A stretch of 64,000 nucleotides of DNA from assembly GCA_017654855.1 (NCBI GenBank), contig CM030337.1, forward strand, positions 682,001 to 746,000, written 5' to 3'. The notes beneath the pieces were generated by a model. That model was given only the letters and a program-made list of their open reading frames with translations, was not told where the DNA came from and made no database searches. The stretch comes from Podospora anserina (lineage: Eukaryota). Positions 61,820 to 64,000 of this stretch are shown piece after piece. Every line of letters begins with the position of its first letter. The first letter of the stretch is position 1. A program made the translations under genes and the position numbers.

Positions 61820-63698
61820 TAGAACTGCGGGCGGTTTTTGCGACACACGCGCACACACATCATCACATCTCGTCATCACTCTACGGCATTTATTTGGCAC
61901 ACGCATTTGTACTATGTTTTTTTGTACAAGTACGCCGACACATTATCATCATCAGGAGCACCATCGATACCAGCCCCCCCCCCCACCTTTTTTTGTTTTG
62001 TTTCGATTCTCGTTTCTTGGTTTCAGCATTTTTGTTTCATTACAACACCACCAGAGTGGGTTTTCGCTTCGATTGTGTTTATTCATTTTTTTTTTATTTC
62101 TCCGAGACGAGATTATCAGACCTTGCTTAGTTATGGTGTTTTTTAAACGCTGGGAGGGGTTGATTGGTTTGATTTTCGGTATGCTTTTTTATTTTTATTT
62201 TTGGATTGATTGGAAGGAAAGGAGGGAGTTTTTTCTCACAATTTGGGGTGAGGGTTGTTTGATATATATGGCTTTGTTTTGTTTGGGAGTGATTATTATG
62301 TAATTTTGGGAATGGGAATGGGAGAAATATTTAGATACCAAGTTTTAAAGATAAAAGATGGAGATGGGGGTTGATATGGGGAAACGGAGGGCGGGGGGGT
62401 TGAGAGGGGGAGGGGGGTATAGGGGGGTTTAGGGGTGTTGGGTGTTGGGTGTTGGGTGTGGTGGTGGTAGTTGGAGATATAGGTGAGATAGGGTGGAATA
62501 AATATAAAGTCAAGAATTGAAGCTTTTTATGATGTCTTTGGACTGTTATGGTGGTGACACACATATGTGATGTCTGTCGATCATCGATCGGTATTTGTAA
62601 ACAACCCGAACCCTTTTTTTTCTTTTTTCTTTTCTTGGCTGTGAGGGGTTTGGTCACTACCCAACCCCAGCCCCTGAATCTCCAACAACAACCTTTCCTC
62701 ACAAACAAACCAGAACACACGCTCACGTTACACCAACCCCCTGAAACTGACTTCACACCACTTCTCGGTGTGGCTTCTCTTTTTGGTCCGGAACTTTGAT
62801 CCTGACCTAAAAAAGATATCGTTTTTTTTTGTGGTGGTAGTGGTGGGTGTGCGTGCTAGATGCAGCGATGTTCCACCTAGCAGCATGCTACCTCAAGCCA
62901 AACGAGGAAGGAATCATGAGGTTGCACACCGCCTCCAAGCTGGCCGAGGAAAAGGGAGGGAAGGGGTTTGCTGCTGCGAGTGGTAGTAATGTGGAAAAGG
63001 TTAACAGAGAGGAAGGGGTGGACCGGAAGCAGGAAGGAGAGCAAGGGGGTCGGGAGGATCACAGAGATGAAGTGAATAAAAAGGATGAGAAGGATGAGGG
63101 TATTGTCGAGAGAAAAGATGGAGAAGGCGACACTGTTGAGATTTTGGCTTGACATGACGGAAGTTTTTTTGAAGGGGGATTGCAGAGGAATGGTCGGTCT
63201 TGGTGCTTTTGCCCACGACGGTGCAAGGTGTGAATGAAGCACGGCGGTCAATCTAACATACCTACCTAGCAAAGCAGAACCCGCCATCTTCATAAATCCC
63301 AGCATCTTTTCTCAATAGTAAATCTCAAAGTTTATATTGCGCTACGGCAGCATATCGCCGCACGTCATACTCTCTATTCTCGCTGCTTACACCCCCTCCT
63401 CCCCTTTCCCCGCAAGAGTAAAGCACCCAGGGTATATACACCCATCGACCCCAACTTTCCCAACCCCAAAAAATATCACAAACGCCGAAACCCCATTTTG
63501 TATGAACCCTCCTTTTATTTCTCCCAAAAATGCCAGTCCAACCCCTCCATGGTATCATCGTACGTGAAATAGGTAGCCTTCCCCCCTCCCCAAAGAACTC
63601 CTCAACATGTCAGTCTTTCCCCCTCATCCCCACCATCCCTCACTCCACTCTCTCTTAAAATCAACACAGAGCTCCTCTGTGCTCAGCACCGCCCACTC

Positions 63699-64000
63699 CT
63701 AGTTAGGCTGAACAGCCAGAGCAGCCTGCAGCGACTCCAACAACTCCTGATCTTGGTGATCAGGGGTGGAATGATGATTAGGGGGTATTGGCAGCCCGGG
63801 AACTGCCGGCGGCGAGGCCTGTGCTGGTGACGGCTGGGCTGTCGAGGCCTGGGGCTGGGGCTGGTATGCCGTTTGAGCCGGCTGAGCCGGTCGTGGTGGT
63901 GCCGGCGATGGCTGCGATGTTGTTGGCGAGGGGATGTGACGGTGTGGTTGTGCCTGAGGCTGAGCCTGCTGCTGGACTTGTTGCTGGGCCTGCCGGTGTT
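63699..64000 (-). CDS. 3' end of a Q/P-rich protein that continues beyond the window
   Basis: Open frame ...HRQAQQQVQQQAQPQ...DQELLESLQAALAVQPN* with TAG at 63699-63701. Confidence 0.65.
   Translation of the reverse strand, partial: HRQAQQQVQQQAQPQAQPHRHIPSPTTSQPSPAPPRPAQPAQTAYQPQPQASTAQPSPAQASPPAVPGLPIPPNHHSTPDHQDQELLESLQAALAVQPN

Noticed and set aside
62847-63152. Small E/K/D-rich ORF
   Set aside because: No good start, splice model or motif; may be purine-rich intergenic DNA.

Overview
Eukaryotic DNA from a filamentous ascomycete. Short GT-AG introns with CTAAC/CTGAC branch points and gene content point to Sordariomycetes; Podospora-like is an inference. About 15 complete protein genes are supported: mitochondrial seryl-tRNA synthetase, two co-oriented coiled-coil proteins, UPF3, SIT4/PP6, a DHA1 MFS transporter, prefoldin 4, CENP-W, a caprin-like RGG protein, an O6-alkylguanine transferase, a 12-exon Cys/His-repeat protein, an RS-domain/Hub1-like fusion, NOP58, VMA6, mitochondrial S15, RPS0 and an LTE1-like RasGEF, plus the 3' end of a Q/P-rich gene. 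Gene-poor stretches (3.4-10 kb, 17.3-23.7 kb, 49.5-56 kb) hold decayed ORFs and microsatellites. Most unusual: (1) a C3H zinc-finger repeat gene whose 11 introns all split the His codon, making every internal exon a frame-preserving cassette; (2) two adjacent coiled-coil genes each starting with an RVxF PP1-docking-like motif; (3) a Hub1/UBL5 domain fused to an RS domain; (4) a structured NOP58 intron; (5) a 96-bp TA-flanked MITE-like element with transition-dominated TIR divergence. No rRNA, tRNA or CRISPR was recognised. Exon boundaries were read by eye and no database searches were run.
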